Source: Pseudomonadota bacterium | GTDB lineage: Bacteria; Pseudomonadota; Gammaproteobacteria; Acidiferrobacterales; Acidiferrobacteraceae | Direction of reading: 5' to 3' | DNA: 64,000 nt | NCBI GenBank assembly: GCA_021785035.1 | Contig: JAJYGP010000063.1 | Coordinates: 17,254-81,253 of the forward strand | Shown: positions 18,026-32,004 of the stretch, piece by piece | Layout: every line of letters starts with the position of its first letter | Position numbering within the stretch: position 1 is the stretch's first letter | Translations under genes and position numbers: made by a program | The notes under the pieces: generated by a model | Database searches by the model: none | What the model was told of the DNA's origin: nothing | What the model saw: only the letters and a program-made list of their open reading frames with translations

Positions 18026-19380
18026 GTGAGATCGCAGCGGCCGTGGGGGGGCGGGTGATAGGGCCGGCCTGCTCGATTCGCGCGGTCGTTACGGACAGTC
18101 GGGCGATTACGCAGGGATGCCTCTTTGTGGCGCTGCGCGGCGAGCGTTTTGATGGTCACCAGTTTGTGGGTGAGGCGGCCCGTCAAGGAGCCGCAGCGGT
18201 GCTTGTTGATCGCGAGCCTGAGCCGGGAGGGCCGCCTGCGGTCCTTGTGGCCAACACGAGGGCCGCCCTTGGTCAGCTGGCCGCCTACTGGCGCCGCCAA
18301 TCGAAGGCCAAGGTAGTCGCGATTACGGGCAGTAATGGGAAGACGAGCGTGAAGGAAATGACTGCCCAGATTCTTTCTCGGGCCGCGCCTAGCATGGCGA
18401 CCGAAGGCAACCTCAATAACGACATCGGCGTGCCTTTGACCGTGCTGCGCTTACTCAAGTCCCATCACTACGCGGTCGTGGAGATGGGTATGAATCGGCC
18501 GGGCGAGATCGCAAGGCTGGCCGCCATTGCCGGCCCCGACGTGGCCTGCGTAACCAACGCCGGACTCGCACATTTGGCCGGTCTGGGTTCAGTGCAGGCG
18601 ATAGCCGAAGAGAAGGGCCAGATCTACGCGGCCTTATCGCCCCGCGGGGTTGCGGTCGTGAACGCTGATGATAATTTTGCCGATTACTGGCGCGGCCTCG
18701 CCCCCGGGCGAGTCGTGACCTACGGCCTCCAGGCCACGGCCGATGTGAGCGCTACCTATATCCTTGGTCGCGCTGGAAGCGAATTAATGCTAAAGACCCC
18801 AAGCGCTCCCACGCCCCTGCCGGTGACTCTATCCGTTCTGGGGCGGCACAACGTGATGAACGCCTTGGCCGCGGCCGCTATCGCCTTTGCCCTCGATATT
18901 CCGGGACCAACCATCCGCGAGGGCCTTGCCGCCGTGCGGCCCGTGCATGGGCGCCTGGAAACGAGTCCCGGATATAACGGGTCTTGCCTTATAGACGATA
19001 CCTATAACGCCAACCCCGATTCCGCGCGCGCCGCCCTCGATGTCTTGGCCCATGCGTCGGGCGAGCGTTGGTTTGTGCTCGGTGATATGGCGGAGTTAGG
19101 CCCGGACGCCGCGCGTTTTCACGGTGCCTTGGGCGAAGCCGCGGCCCACGCCGGCATCGAACATCTGTTGACGTTCGGCGATCTTGCGCTCCATGCGAGT
19201 CGTAGCTTTGGGACCCAGGCCCGGCATTATCGTGGTATCGACGAGTTGATAGCGGACTTGAAACCGGCTCTCCATCAAGGGACGGTCATTTTGGTTAAGG
19301 GGTCGCGGAGTGCGCGCATGGAACGGGTTGTAGCCGGCCTCCGCGATACGGGAGGGCGCCATGTTTCTGGTCATCTATAG
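18013..19380 (+). CDS. murF: UDP-N-acetylmuramoyl-tripeptide--D-alanyl-D-alanine ligase
   Basis: Mur ligase P-loop ITGSNGKTSVKE. Start moved to ATG 18013 (MFTLSEIAAAVGG...) behind GGAGG, overlapping the murE end. Confidence 0.92.
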   Translation: MFTLSEIAAAVGGRVIGPACSIRAVVTDSRAITQGCLFVALRGERFDGHQFVGEAARQGAAAVLVDREPEPGGPPAVLVANTRAALGQLAAYWRRQSKAKVVAITGSNGKTSVKEMTAQILSRAAPSMATEGNLNNDIGVPLTVLRLLKSHHYAVVEMGMNRPGEIARLAAIAGPDVACVTNAGLAHLAGLGSVQAIAEEKGQIYAALSPRGVAVVNADDNFADYWRGLAPGRVVTYGLQATADVSATYILGRAGSELMLKTPSAPTPLPVTLSVLGRHNVMNALAAAAIAFALDIPGPTIREGLAAVRPVHGRLETSPGYNGSCLIDDTYNANPDSARAALDVLAHASGERWFVLGDMAELGPDAARFHGALGEAAAHAGIEHLLTFGDLALHASRSFGTQARHYRGIDELIADLKPALHQGTVILVKGSRSARMERVVAGLRDTGGRHVSGHL

Positions 19381-20434
19381 GCTGCTTGCCCATGCCGGCC
19401 CCAGTTTTTTTATGGTCCGCGCGCTGGGTGCGCTGTTAACGGCGTTTGCGGTCGGTTTGGCGGCCGGGCCGCTTATGATTCGGCGTCTGACCCTGCGCCT
19501 GATCGGTCAGACGGTCCGGAAAGATGGCCCGCAAACCCACTACCAGAAGGCCGGGACGCCGACGATGGGCGGTGTTTTGATGCTGTTTTCGATTACGGTG
19601 TCGACACTCTTCTGGATGCGTCTTACGAATAAGGATACCTGGATCGCGCTGATGACGCTGCTTGCGTTCGGCCTTATCGGCTGGATGGACGACTACATCA
19701 AGCTCCTCCACAAAAATCCGCGGGGGATCGGTGCAAGGGCCAAGTTTATAGCCCAGATGCTGGCCTCGATCCTGGCCGTTGCGGCCCTTTTGGCGGATGC
19801 TCGCAAGGGTCCGGAAACTGGGTTTTATATTCCGCTGCTCCATCAGCCCCTGATCCCGTTGGGATCGGTCGCCTTCCTCTTTATCGGATTTCTTGTCGTG
19901 ACTGGCAGCAGTAACGCCGTTAATCTCACGGATGGTTTGGATGGTTTAGCGGCGGTCCCTACGAGTCTCGTCGCCTTGGCGCTGGGCTTGCTTGCGTATG
20001 TCGCTGGGACCCCGCACGTGGCCGCGGCGGTCGGCCACCCCTATATTCCCGGCGCCCGTGACCTCGTGATTTTCTGCTGCGCTATGGGGGGCGCCGCGCT
20101 CGCTTTTCTTTGGTTCAATGCCTATCCGGCCCAGGTCTTCATGGGCGACGTGGGGGCGCTGGCCTTGGGGGCGGCGCTTGGCATTGTCGCGGTCGTGATT
20201 CGGCAAGAGATCCTTTTGTTCATCATGGGCGGTGTGTTTGTGGTCGAGACCGTTTCGGTGATGTTGCAGGTGGGGTCGTTTAAGCTGACGGGTAAGCGGA
20301 TTTTTAAGATGGCGCCCCTGCACCACCATTTTGAACTCAAGGGCTTGCCGGAACCGCACGTCGTGATCCGTTTCTGGATCGTTACGTTTCTCCTTGTACT
20401 GGTTGGTCTTTCCACTTTGGGGGCGCGTTTATGA
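19361..20434 (+). CDS. mraY: Phospho-N-acetylmuramoyl-pentapeptide transferase
   Basis: 357 aa polytopic membrane protein. Motifs GTPTMGG, NAVNLTDGLDGLA, APLHHHFE. Confidence 0.94.
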   Translation: MFLVIYRLLAHAGPSFFMVRALGALLTAFAVGLAAGPLMIRRLTLRLIGQTVRKDGPQTHYQKAGTPTMGGVLMLFSITVSTLFWMRLTNKDTWIALMTLLAFGLIGWMDDYIKLLHKNPRGIGARAKFIAQMLASILAVAALLADARKGPETGFYIPLLHQPLIPLGSVAFLFIGFLVVTGSSNAVNLTDGLDGLAAVPTSLVALALGLLAYVAGTPHVAAAVGHPYIPGARDLVIFCCAMGGAALAFLWFNAYPAQVFMGDVGALALGAALGIVAVVIRQEILLFIMGGVFVVETVSVMLQVGSFKLTGKRIFKMAPLHHHFELKGLPEPHVVIRFWIVTFLLVLVGLSTLGARL

Positions 20435-21780
20435 CCCGCGAGGCCATAGTGGTCGGGCTCGGAGACACCGGTCTGTCCTGCGTTCCTTATCTGCAGCGCG
20501 CCGGTTACGGGGTGTCTGTCTGTGACAGTCGTTCGAACCCGCCGCTCATGTCCGTTATGCGCGAAGCGCACCCTGCGGTATCGGTGTTGACTGGGCCGTT
20601 TCGCGAGGATCAGTTGCTAGGCGCGGATATTCTGGTAGTGAGCCCCGGTGTGTCCTTGAAGGAACCGGCTCTCAAGGCCGCGGCTCAGGCCGGGGTTGCG
20701 ATAGTGGGCGATATCGAGCTCTTTGCGCGTGCCTGCGATGCGCCGGTCATAGCTATTACCGGATCAAACGGAAAAAGCACGGTTACGACCTTGGTGGGCG
20801 ACATGCTCCGCAAAGCCGGTCTGCGGGTCGAGGTCGGTGGTAATATCGGCGTACCGGCCCTTACGCTTTTGGATCGGCCGACCCCCGACGCCTATGTCCT
20901 CGAGCTGTCGAGTTTTCAGTTGGAAACGACGTCAAGCCTGAACGCGCGAGCGGCCACGGTACTCAATGTTACTCCCGACCATATGGACCGATACGACGAT
21001 TTGGTCGAGTATGCTCACGCTAAGGCCCGAATCTTTGCCGGTCTTGGACGTATGGTCATTAATCGCGAAGATCCGCTGGTGGCGGCCATGGTGCGCACCG
21101 ACCGTGAGGTGGTGTCGTTTGGCCTCGATCGCCCCCTTGGCCACGATTTTGGTCTCATAACGCAGGGCGCGGACCTGTGGCTTGCGCAGGGCAAGCAAGC
21201 GCTCATGCCCGTGGCCGACATTCCCCTACCCGGACGCCACAATCTCGCCAACACCCTTGCCGCTTTTGCGCTCGCCATGACCTTAAGCCGCGATACCGCG
21301 GCCTTGGCGTCGGCGGTCCGAGCGTTTCGCGGGCTTGCGCACCGCACCCAGGTCATAGGTCGTCGCGATAACGTGACTTGGATAGATGATTCTAAGGGGA
21401 CAAACGTGGGTGCCACCGCGGCGGCTCTCGCTGGTCTCGACGGCCGCGTGGTGCTCATTGCCGGCGGCGACGGTAAAGGGGCCGACTTCTCGGCTCTGGC
21501 CCCTGTTGTCCGCGACAAGGCCCGCGCGGTTGTGCTGATTGGCCGCGACGGTCCGCGTCTGGCGGCGGTCTTAAAGGGTGCTTGCCCACTGCATTTTGCC
21601 GAGGATATGGACGAGGCGGTGTTGATCGCGCAGCGCTGCGCGTGCGCCGGGGACCGGGTCTTATTATCCCCAGCCTGCGCGAGTTTCGATATGTTTCGCA
21701 ACTACGTCCATCGCGGTGAGGTCTTTACTGCCGCGGTGCAGCGTTTGATCCTGGATCCGCGAGGAGGCGCGCATGGCTGA
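20431..21780 (+). CDS. murD: UDP-N-acetylmuramoylalanine--D-glutamate ligase
   Basis: 449 aa. N-terminal Rossmann VVGLGDTGLS; P-loop ITGSNGKSTV. Confidence 0.92.
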   Translation: MTREAIVVGLGDTGLSCVPYLQRAGYGVSVCDSRSNPPLMSVMREAHPAVSVLTGPFREDQLLGADILVVSPGVSLKEPALKAAAQAGVAIVGDIELFARACDAPVIAITGSNGKSTVTTLVGDMLRKAGLRVEVGGNIGVPALTLLDRPTPDAYVLELSSFQLETTSSLNARAATVLNVTPDHMDRYDDLVEYAHAKARIFAGLGRMVINREDPLVAAMVRTDREVVSFGLDRPLGHDFGLITQGADLWLAQGKQALMPVADIPLPGRHNLANTLAAFALAMTLSRDTAALASAVRAFRGLAHRTQVIGRRDNVTWIDDSKGTNVGATAAALAGLDGRVVLIAGGDGKGADFSALAPVVRDKARAVVLIGRDGPRLAAVLKGACPLHFAEDMDEAVLIAQRCACAGDRVLLSPACASFDMFRNYVHRGEVFTAAVQRLILDPRGGAHG

Positions 21781-22921
21781 GACTTACGAAGTCGCCGCCA
21801 AGCGGCGGCTGCCGCCGCTCGACCCAGTTCTGCTTTCGGTGGTGTTGGCGCTCCTGGCCTTTGGACTGACGATGGTCTATTCCGCCTCAGCGTTCGTCGC
21901 GGCTCAGCGCACGGGTCACAGCGCCTACTACTTGTTGCATGATTGCGTCAATATCGCGATCAGTCTTCTGGCGTTTGCGTTGGTCGTACAGATTCCGATG
22001 GTCTTCTGGCGCCAAGTCTCCCCCTATCTCTTAATGATCGGGCTTTTCGGCCTCGTTATGGTGTTGATTCCGCATGTTGGGGTGCGCGTGAACGGGTCCG
22101 CGCGCTGGCTACCGCTCGGTGTTGCTAATCTTCAGCCGTCGGAATTCTTGAAGCTCTTCCTGGTGTTGTACCTGGCTGGCTACCTCGTGCGTCGCCAAGA
22201 CCGACTAAGTGAATTCACGCACGGTATTCTGACCGTGGCGACCCTTCTTATGGTGACCGGGGTCTTGTTGCTGCTCGAACCGGATATGGGCAGCGAGGTG
22301 ATTTTGTGGGCAGTCGCCTTTGGGATGCTGTTTGTCGGCGGCGTGCGACTTTCACACTTTATCGCCGTGCTGGTCGCCGGTCTCGGGGCGGGGGTTGTGC
22401 TGACCGTCGCCTCGCGGTACCGCGAGCGGCGCATTATCGGTTTTCTGCACCCCTTTGCTCAGGCCAAGGGCAACGGTTATCAGTTGGTTCAATCGCTCAT
22501 GGCTTTTGGTCGCGGCGGTTGGTTTGGACGTGGGCTCGGCTTGAGCCTCCAAAAGCTCTATTACCTCCCGGCGGCTCATACCGATTTCCTGTTTGCCATT
22601 ATCGCCGAAGAATTCGGTTTCCTGGGCGTGCTCGTGGTCATCGGGCTATTTGCGGTGCTTGTTGTCCGGGCCTTCCAGATTGCTGAGGGTGCGCGCCGTT
22701 TCGGGGATCTGTATTCGAGCTTTGTGGCGCAGGGCGTGGGTATTCTATTAGGGCTCGAGGCCATTATTAATATGGGGGTCAATATGGGTGTTCTGCCCAC
22801 CAAAGGCTTGGCCTTGCCCCTTTTGAGTTACGGTGGCTCGAGCACCTTAATGAGTTGCGTCGCCACCGCGCTCTTATTGCGAATCGATCGGGAAACGCGG
22901 GCGCAGGGGGCTTCACGATGA
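21773..22921 (+). CDS. ftsW: SEDS-family peptidoglycan glycosyltransferase FtsW
   Basis: 382 aa, ~10 TM. SEDS motifs (QPSEFLK; TDFLFAIIAEEFG). Between murD and murG. Confidence 0.9.
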   Translation: MAETYEVAAKRRLPPLDPVLLSVVLALLAFGLTMVYSASAFVAAQRTGHSAYYLLHDCVNIAISLLAFALVVQIPMVFWRQVSPYLLMIGLFGLVMVLIPHVGVRVNGSARWLPLGVANLQPSEFLKLFLVLYLAGYLVRRQDRLSEFTHGILTVATLLMVTGVLLLLEPDMGSEVILWAVAFGMLFVGGVRLSHFIAVLVAGLGAGVVLTVASRYRERRIIGFLHPFAQAKGNGYQLVQSLMAFGRGGWFGRGLGLSLQKLYYLPAAHTDFLFAIIAEEFGFLGVLVVIGLFAVLVVRAFQIAEGARRFGDLYSSFVAQGVGILLGLEAIINMGVNMGVLPTKGLALPLLSYGGSSTLMSCVATALLLRIDRETRAQGASR

Positions 22922-23994
22922 AGACCGTGTTGATACTGGCCGGCGGAACCGGCGGCCATGTCTTTCCCGGGCTTGCCGTGGCCCGTGGTCTGCGCGAGCT
23001 CGGGGTTCGCGTGGTGTGGGTCGGAACCCACCAAGGCCTCGAGGCGCGCTTAGTTCCCCAGGCCGGTTTGCCGCTCGAGTGGATCACGATTCAGGGATTG
23101 CGCCGGGGGTCTTTGCGAGATCTTCTGTTCCTTCCCGGACGACTTGTGGTCGCGCTTTGGCAGACGTTGCGGATTTTCCGTAGGCATAAGCCGAACGTGG
23201 TATTGGCCCTCGGGGGCTTCGTGGCTGGCCCCGGTGGCATCATGGCCTGGCTTACCCGGACTCCGCTTGTCGTTCACGAACAGAATGCCTGTGCGGGTCT
23301 TACGAATCGGTGGTTGGCCCTGATGGCGGATCGTGTGCTGTGTGGTTTTCCCGACGCCTTCCATTCCTTGCCCGGCGCGATCCATATCGGCAATCCGGTG
23401 CGTGCTGAGATGTTGCATCTTCCGAAGCCGGAGGTGCGGCTCGCGGGGCGTACGCCGCCTCTCCATTTGCTTATTGTGGGCGGGAGCCAGGGCGCGCGGG
23501 TATTGAATGACGTCGTTCCCGAGGCCGTGGCGCTGTTGCCGCCCGACCGGCGGCCACTCGTTCATCATCAGACCGGCCGATTGGATGCGGCGCGCACGGA
23601 AAGTCTGTACCAAAAGCATGGGATCGCGGCCACCGTAACACCTTTCATAGACGATATGGCAGCCGAGTATATGTGGGCCGATGTCGTTATTTGTCGTGCC
23701 GGGGCGATGACGATCGCCGAGCTCTGCGCGGTGGGGGTGGCGGCCATTCTGGTTCCGTTCCCGTTTGCCACTGAGGATCATCAAACCGCCAATGCCCGTT
23801 TTCTGGCGGACCGGGAAGCGGCTTTGTGTATCGCTCAAGGCGAGTTTTCCGTATCGCACGTAGCCGAGCTTTTGGAAGGTTTAGCACGCCAGCCTGAGGT
23901 CGGAACGCGGATGGCAGAACGAAGCCGTGCCTGCGCGAACCTTGATGCCACCGACCGAATCGTGGCGGCGTGTTTGGAGGTGGCTCGTGCATAA
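22918..23994 (+). CDS. murG: UDP-N-acetylglucosamine--lipid I N-acetylglucosamine transferase
   Basis: Starts [22 protein letters not shown] at ATG 22918 (ATGA overlap with ftsW). The track ORF begins 63 nt earlier inside ftsW. Confidence 0.92.
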   Translation: MKTVLILAGGTGGHVFPGLAVARGLRELGVRVVWVGTHQGLEARLVPQAGLPLEWITIQGLRRGSLRDLLFLPGRLVVALWQTLRIFRRHKPNVVLALGGFVAGPGGIMAWLTRTPLVVHEQNACAGLTNRWLALMADRVLCGFPDAFHSLPGAIHIGNPVRAEMLHLPKPEVRLAGRTPPLHLLIVGGSQGARVLNDVVPEAVALLPPDRRPLVHHQTGRLDAARTESLYQKHGIAATVTPFIDDMAAEYMWADVVICRAGAMTIAELCAVGVAAILVPFPFATEDHQTANARFLADREAALCIAQGEFSVSHVAELLEGLARQPEVGTRMAERSRACANLDATDRIVAACLEVARA

Positions 23995-25374
23995 GGTTCA
24001 GCGCATTCATTTTGTTGGCATAGGCGGGGCTGGTATGTGTGGAATCGCCGAAGTGCTTCACAACCTCAAATTTGAGGTGTCGGGGTCCGATGCGACTGAA
24101 TCTGCCACCACTAAGCGCTTGAGCGACCTTGGGATCACGGTCCATATCGGTCACGATGCGCAGTTTGTCCAAAAACAAGACGTGGTGGTGGTGTCGTCGG
24201 CCATCACGTCCCACAATCCCGAGGTCGTTGCCGCCCGGGCGGCGAAGATTCCGGTCATCCCGCGGGCGGAAATGTTGGGCGAGCTCATGCGTCTTCAGCA
24301 GGGGGTCGCGGTGGCCGGAACCCACGGCAAGACAACGACCACAAGCTTGGTGGCAAGCGTATTGGCCCAGGCCGGGCTTGACCCAACCTTCGTGATCGGC
24401 GGCCGGCTCAATAGCGTCGGTAGCCACGCGCGCCTAGGGCGCGGCCGCTATTTGGTCGCGGAGGCCGACGAAAGTGATGCCTCGTTCCTGCATCTTCAAC
24501 CGCTCATCGCGATTGTCACGAACATCGATGCGGATCACATGGGCACTTATGGCGGGGATTTCCAGCGCCTAAAGCAAGCTTTTGTCACGTTTCTTCATAA
24601 CCTGCCTTTCTACGGCTTGGCTATCGTCTGTATTGACGACCCTGTCATACGTGAGTTAGTGCCGGAGATCCACAAGCCGGTCTTGACCTATGGGGTGAGC
24701 CCTGACGCCGAATTGCGCGCCTACAACATTACCCAGGATGGCCAAAATATGCGCTTTGACGTGGCCTGTCAGGGTCACGAGGGTTGGTTGACCACATCGC
24801 TTCGTCAACCGGGTCATCATAATGTGCTCAATGCCTTGGCAGCTATTGCCGTGGGGCGCGAATTAGGCGCCAAACGGGAGGACATTGCTCAAGGGCTCGC
24901 CTCGTTTGCGGGAATCGGGCGCCGCTTCCAAATCAATGGGGTCGAGGCTTGGGGCGATGGCGATGTGCTGTTTGTAGACGACTATGCCCATCATCCGCGT
25001 GAGATAGCGGCCACTATCAGAGCGGCCCGCGAAGGCTGGCCCACGCGTCGGCTGGTCGTAGTGTTTCAGCCTCATCGCTATTCCCGTACCCACGATTTGC
25101 TGGAGGACTTCACCGCGGTTCTGGCGACCGTCGACAACCTCTTTGTTACCGAGGTCTATGCCGCCGGAGAAGCCCCGATAAGTGGCGCGGATGGCAGGTC
25201 TTTGTGCCGATCGATACGGGTCCGCGGGCGCCATCCGGTATTCGTGGAAAATCTCGCCGATTTACCAAAAATTCTGGCGTCGGTGGTGGCCGGTAATGAC
25301 CTCGTGCTGACGCTTGGGGCCGGCAATATCGGGCACGCGGCACTGGCCTTGCCAGCCGCGCTCAAGGGGGAGCT

Positions 25375-25378
<4 letters not shown>
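23987..25378 (+). CDS. murC: UDP-N-acetylmuramate--L-alanine ligase
   Basis: [24 protein letters not shown]... from in-frame GTG 23987 behind GGAGG. P-loop [11 protein letters not shown]. The track start 23927 lies inside murG. Confidence 0.9.
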
Positions 25379-27935
<2,557 letters not shown>

Positions 27936-27952
<17 letters not shown>

Positions 27953-29177
27953 CACCAAGCTCATTGTCGGCCTGGATATCGGTACGTCCAAAGTCCTCGC
28001 TATCGTAGGCGAGGTCGCGAGCGATGGGACAGTCGAGATCATCGGCGTAGGCCACCAGCCCTCGCGGGGCTTGAAGAAGGGGGTGGTTGTCAACATTGAA
28101 TCCACTGTCCAATCGATACAAAGGGCGGTAGAGGAAGCCGAGCTCATGGCCGGTTGCCAAATTCATTCGGTTTACGCCGGCATCGCCGGAAGCCACATCA
28201 ATTCGGTCAATTCACATGGCATTGTGGCCATAAAGACCAAAGAGGTGGCTCAGGGCGACGTCGACCGTGTGCTCGAGGCGGCTCGGGCGCTACCCATTCC
28301 GGCCGATCAAAAGATCCTACATATCCTGCCTCAAGAATTCATCATCGATAGACAGGAGGGCGTGCGCGAACCGATCGGAATGTCGGGGGTGCGCCTTGAA
28401 GCCAAGGTCCATATCGTTACGGGCGCGGTCAGCGCCGCGCAAAACATTATCAAGTGTGTGCGCCGATGCGGGCTTGAAGTGGACGACATTATTCTCGAGC
28501 AGCTGGCGTCGAGTATATCGGTGCTGACAGAAGACGAGAAGGAGCTCGGCGTCTGTTTGGTCGATATTGGCGGCGGAACGACCGATATCTCGGTCTTCAC
28601 GCAAGGTGCTATACGGCACACGTCCGTCATTCCGATCGCCGGAGACCAGGTCACAAATGATATTGCGGTGGCGCTTCGGACGCCCACGCAGTACGCGGAG
28701 GACATTAAAAAGCAATATGGCTGCGCCTACGGCCAAGGGGTAGAGGACGGGATGGTCGAAGTGCCGGGGGTCGGTGACCGCGCGCCCCGCAAGTTGTCGC
28801 GCCAAACTTTGGCGGAGGTTGTGGAGCCTCGTATTACCGAGCTCTATGAGCTGATATCCGAAGATTTACGAAAAAGCGGCTTTATCGATCTATTGGGTTC
28901 CGGAATCGTGCTGACGGGGGGCAGCTCGAAAATGGAGGGCATGGCTGAATTGGCGGAAGAGGTGTTTCACGCTCCGGTGCGTATCGGTATTCCCCAATAC
29001 GTAGGCGGGCTTAGTGGGGTGGTTCACAACCCCATCTTCGCGACCGGCGTGGGTTTGGTTTTGTACGGACATCGGCAGGCGGCGAGCTTGGATTTCACGC
29101 CCGCCGGACGCGCGGTTCCGGGACGGTTTTCCGAGATATTGAATCGCATGAAGGGCTGGTTTCAGGGGAATTTTTAA
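27936..29177 (+). CDS. ftsA: Cell division protein FtsA
   Basis: 413 aa. Actin-fold motifs LIVGLDIGTSKV and VDIGGGTTDI. Confidence 0.94.
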
Positions 29178-29226
29178 TGAAATGGAAATCGAAACGAGCA
29201 CAATCTAAAGGACAGGAGAGTCAACT

Positions 29227-30372
29227 ATGTTTGAAATAATCGACACAAGCGGCCAACAGGCCATTATTAAGGTCATAGGCGTGGGTGGTGGCGGGGGGAA
29301 TGCCATCGAGTACATGATGCGTTCGAACATCGAGGGTGTAGAGTTCATTGTCGCCAATACCGATGCCCAGGCTATCAAGAAATCCTCGGCAAACATCGTT
29401 TTGCAGCTTGGGTCCAACCTCACCAAGGGTCTAGGGGCTGGCGCCGATCCGAACGTCGGCCGGCAGGCGGCCATGGAGGATCGGGAGCGGATCGCAGAGG
29501 CCTTGGCGGGTGCCGATATGGTGTTCATTACCGCTGGCATGGGCGGCGGGACTGGCACCGGTGCCGCGCCGATCGTGGCCCAGATCGCTAAGGATCAGGG
29601 GATACTGACGGTGGCTGTGATCACAAAGCCCTTCCCCTTTGAGGGCAAAAAGCGCATGGCGGTCGCCGAACAGGGTATCCGCGACTTAAGCGAGTATGTG
29701 GATTCGATCATCACCATCCCGAACGAGAAGCTGCTCGCGGTAGTGGGACGCGACATGACCCTGCTCGATGCCTTCGGGCGCGCGAACCAGGTCTTGCAGG
29801 GGGCGGTACAAGGTATCGCTGAGCTCATTACCCGCCCCGGGCACATTAACGTGGACTTCGCCGATGTCCGCACAGTCATGTCCGAGATGGGTATGGCGAT
29901 GATGGGGTCGGCGGTAGCGCGGGGATCGGATCGGGCCCGGGAGGCGGCGCGGGCGGCTATTTCGAGCCCCTTGCTCGAGGACGTCGATATCGCCGGGGCG
30001 CGGGGCATGCTCGTCAATATTACTGCTGGTGCCAATATGTCCCTGGGTGAGTTTGCCGAGGTGGGCGACACGATTAAGGAGTTTGCCTCCGAGGATGCGA
30101 CCGTGGTCATGGGTACCGCGATCGATCCGGATATGGAAGAGGATATGCGCGTCACTGTGGTGGCGACCGGCCTTGGCCAGGGCCATCGGCGTGCGGTAGC
30201 CCTCAAGGTTGCTAAAGCGGCCTCTGCGGGGTCTGGGGGCCCGGTATCACCCAATTACGACGATCTGGACACGCCTACCGTCATTCGCAATCGGAGGGTG
30301 GGGGCCAAGGTCGACGCGTCGGCGGCTGATTACCTGGATATCCCGGCCTTTTTGCGCCGCCAGGCCGACTGA
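29227..30372 (+). CDS. ftsZ: Cell division GTPase FtsZ
   Basis: 381 aa. Tubulin signature GGGTGTGAAP; C-terminal DIPAFLRRQAD. Confidence 0.97.
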   Translation: MFEIIDTSGQQAIIKVIGVGGGGGNAIEYMMRSNIEGVEFIVANTDAQAIKKSSANIVLQLGSNLTKGLGAGADPNVGRQAAMEDRERIAEALAGADMVFITAGMGGGTGTGAAPIVAQIAKDQGILTVAVITKPFPFEGKKRMAVAEQGIRDLSEYVDSIITIPNEKLLAVVGRDMTLLDAFGRANQVLQGAVQGIAELITRPGHINVDFADVRTVMSEMGMAMMGSAVARGSDRAREAARAAISSPLLEDVDIAGARGMLVNITAGANMSLGEFAEVGDTIKEFASEDATVVMGTAIDPDMEEDMRVTVVATGLGQGHRRAVALKVAKAASAGSGGPVSPNYDDLDTPTVIRNRRVGAKVDASAADYLDIPAFLRRQAD

Positions 30373-30547
30373 GCCCGTCTGTCGGGGTGCCTATGCCGAC
30401 CGCGAACGCCTATCGCCACCGACCTGGACAGAACTGGGTTTTGTCTTTACAGTTTAGGATAATGCCGAAAATCAGGTCCGGCTGCCGTACAGGGACGTCC
30501 GGCATGGTCAGCAGGGTGCTTATTCTGCTTCATAGCGCGGAAGTCCC

Positions 30548-31462
30548 ATGATAAAGCAACGCACGTTAAAGAACGTTATCCGAGCCACGGGCGTCGGGCT
30601 GCATACGGGAGAGAAGGTGTATTTGACCTTGCGCCCCGCGCCTATCGACAGCGGCATTATCTTTCGCCGGGTCGATACCCCCCAGCTTATCGAGGTCCGC
30701 GCTTGTCCTGAAAACGTAAGCGATACCCGCTTATCCACAACCCTGGAGCACAATGGCGCGCGGATATCGACCGTTGAGCACCTCATGTCGGCCTTCGCCG
30801 GGCTGGGTATTGATAACGCCTATGTCGATCTTACGGCCGCTGAAGTGCCGATTATGGACGGCAGCGCGGGACCGTTTGTGTTCCTTATTCAGTCGGCGGG
30901 CGTAGACGAGCAAGCGGCGCCCAAGCGCTTTATTCGCATCCGCAAGACGATTGAAATCGAGGACAACGGCAAGTGGGTCCGGTTTGAGCCGTGGGACGGT
31001 TTTAAGGTGTCCTTTACTATAGATTTCGATCACCCCATCTTTCGCAACTCAACCCAGGTGGCATGCATAGACTTCTCGACGACCTCATTCGTGAAAGAGA
31101 TCAGTCGGGCGCGCACGTTCGGCTTTATGCGTCAGCTCGAGGCCCTGCGCCAAAACGGCTTGGCTCGTGGCGGCGGTCTCGATAACGCCATTGTCATGGA
31201 TGATTTTCGCATCTTGAACGAGGACGGGCTGCGGTATGAGGACGAATTCGTCAAGCATAAGATACTCGATGCTATAGGCGACCTGTATTTGCTGGGACAT
31301 CCGCTTATTGGTGCCTTTAGCGCCTGTAAGTCCGGACATGCGCTGAATAATAGACTGCTGCGGGCTTTGGTTGCGGATGCCGATGCCTGGGAGTTGGTGT
31401 CGTTTGAGGAAACCGACCAACCAGCCATTTCTTTCGCTCGCGCCTTGCCGGTTATGACATAA
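30548..31462 (+). CDS. lpxC: UDP-3-O-acyl-N-acetylglucosamine deacetylase
   Basis: 304 aa. [24 protein letters not shown]..., HALNN motif near the C-terminus. Confidence 0.95.
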   Translation: MIKQRTLKNVIRATGVGLHTGEKVYLTLRPAPIDSGIIFRRVDTPQLIEVRACPENVSDTRLSTTLEHNGARISTVEHLMSAFAGLGIDNAYVDLTAAEVPIMDGSAGPFVFLIQSAGVDEQAAPKRFIRIRKTIEIEDNGKWVRFEPWDGFKVSFTIDFDHPIFRNSTQVACIDFSTTSFVKEISRARTFGFMRQLEALRQNGLARGGGLDNAIVMDDFRILNEDGLRYEDEFVKHKILDAIGDLYLLGHPLIGAFSACKSGHALNNRLLRALVADADAWELVSFEETDQPAISFARALPVMT

Positions 31463-31509
31463 GGACGGTGGCCGAGAGGGCCGCCAACGAGCTTTAAAGG
31501 AGGGGAGGA

Positions 31510-32004
31510 GTGAAGGCAGAACGACCCGCTCATCTGAGCGTACTCATAGTCGGCCACAGGCGACCTTGGAATCGCTCTTTTCGCCTAACCCCCAAGCAGT
31601 GGAAGCTTGCGGCGGCCCTCATCGGGGGCGTGATTCCGCTCTTCATGGCGGTCGGTGTTTATGGCGCCCTGGCATGGCTCTTTGCCCCCCATTCGCACCC
31701 GCTTGCCCAGGGGACCGAAGTGCGAGTGTTGCGCAATGAGGTGGCCCTGGTCACACACAATACCTCGGCCGGCCTCGATGCCATGGGACTTGAATTGGGG
31801 GCCTTGAATTCCGAGGCCGAGCATCTGACTACGCTCCAGGATCAGCTCATGCGGTCCACCGGTGTTCATATCCGCTTGGCCCGTCCACCCGCTTCCTCGG
31901 TCCGGCCTGATCAAGGGAGACATCTGATGGCCTCCCTGCGGACTCTGTCTCGGCAATTACAAACGCAACATTCCACGAAGCCAGTGCCTCGGCAGTCGTT
32001 ATGA
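31510..32004 (+). CDS. Hypothetical single-pass membrane protein (resembles the N-terminal module of the following M23 peptidase)
   Basis: GTG start 6 nt after GGAGG. One TM (LAAALIGGVIPLFMAVGVYGALAWLF) followed by a helical region. ATGA-type overlap with the next gene. Confidence 0.5.
   Translation: MKAERPAHLSVLIVGHRRPWNRSFRLTPKQWKLAAALIGGVIPLFMAVGVYGALAWLFAPHSHPLAQGTEVRVLRNEVALVTHNTSAGLDAMGLELGALNSEAEHLTTLQDQLMRSTGVHIRLARPPASSVRPDQGRHLMASLRTLSRQLQTQHSTKPVPRQSL

Noticed and set aside
21015-21701. 228-aa minus-strand ORF inside murD, and similar long antisense ORFs at 14799-15467, 23050-23859, 23687-24427, 29595-30254, 43639-44430, 47214-47846, 48736-49431 and 60189-60989
   Set aside because: Ala/Arg/Ser/Pro-rich translations typical of stop-poor antisense frames in GC-rich DNA. 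Each lies fully within a well-supported sense gene.
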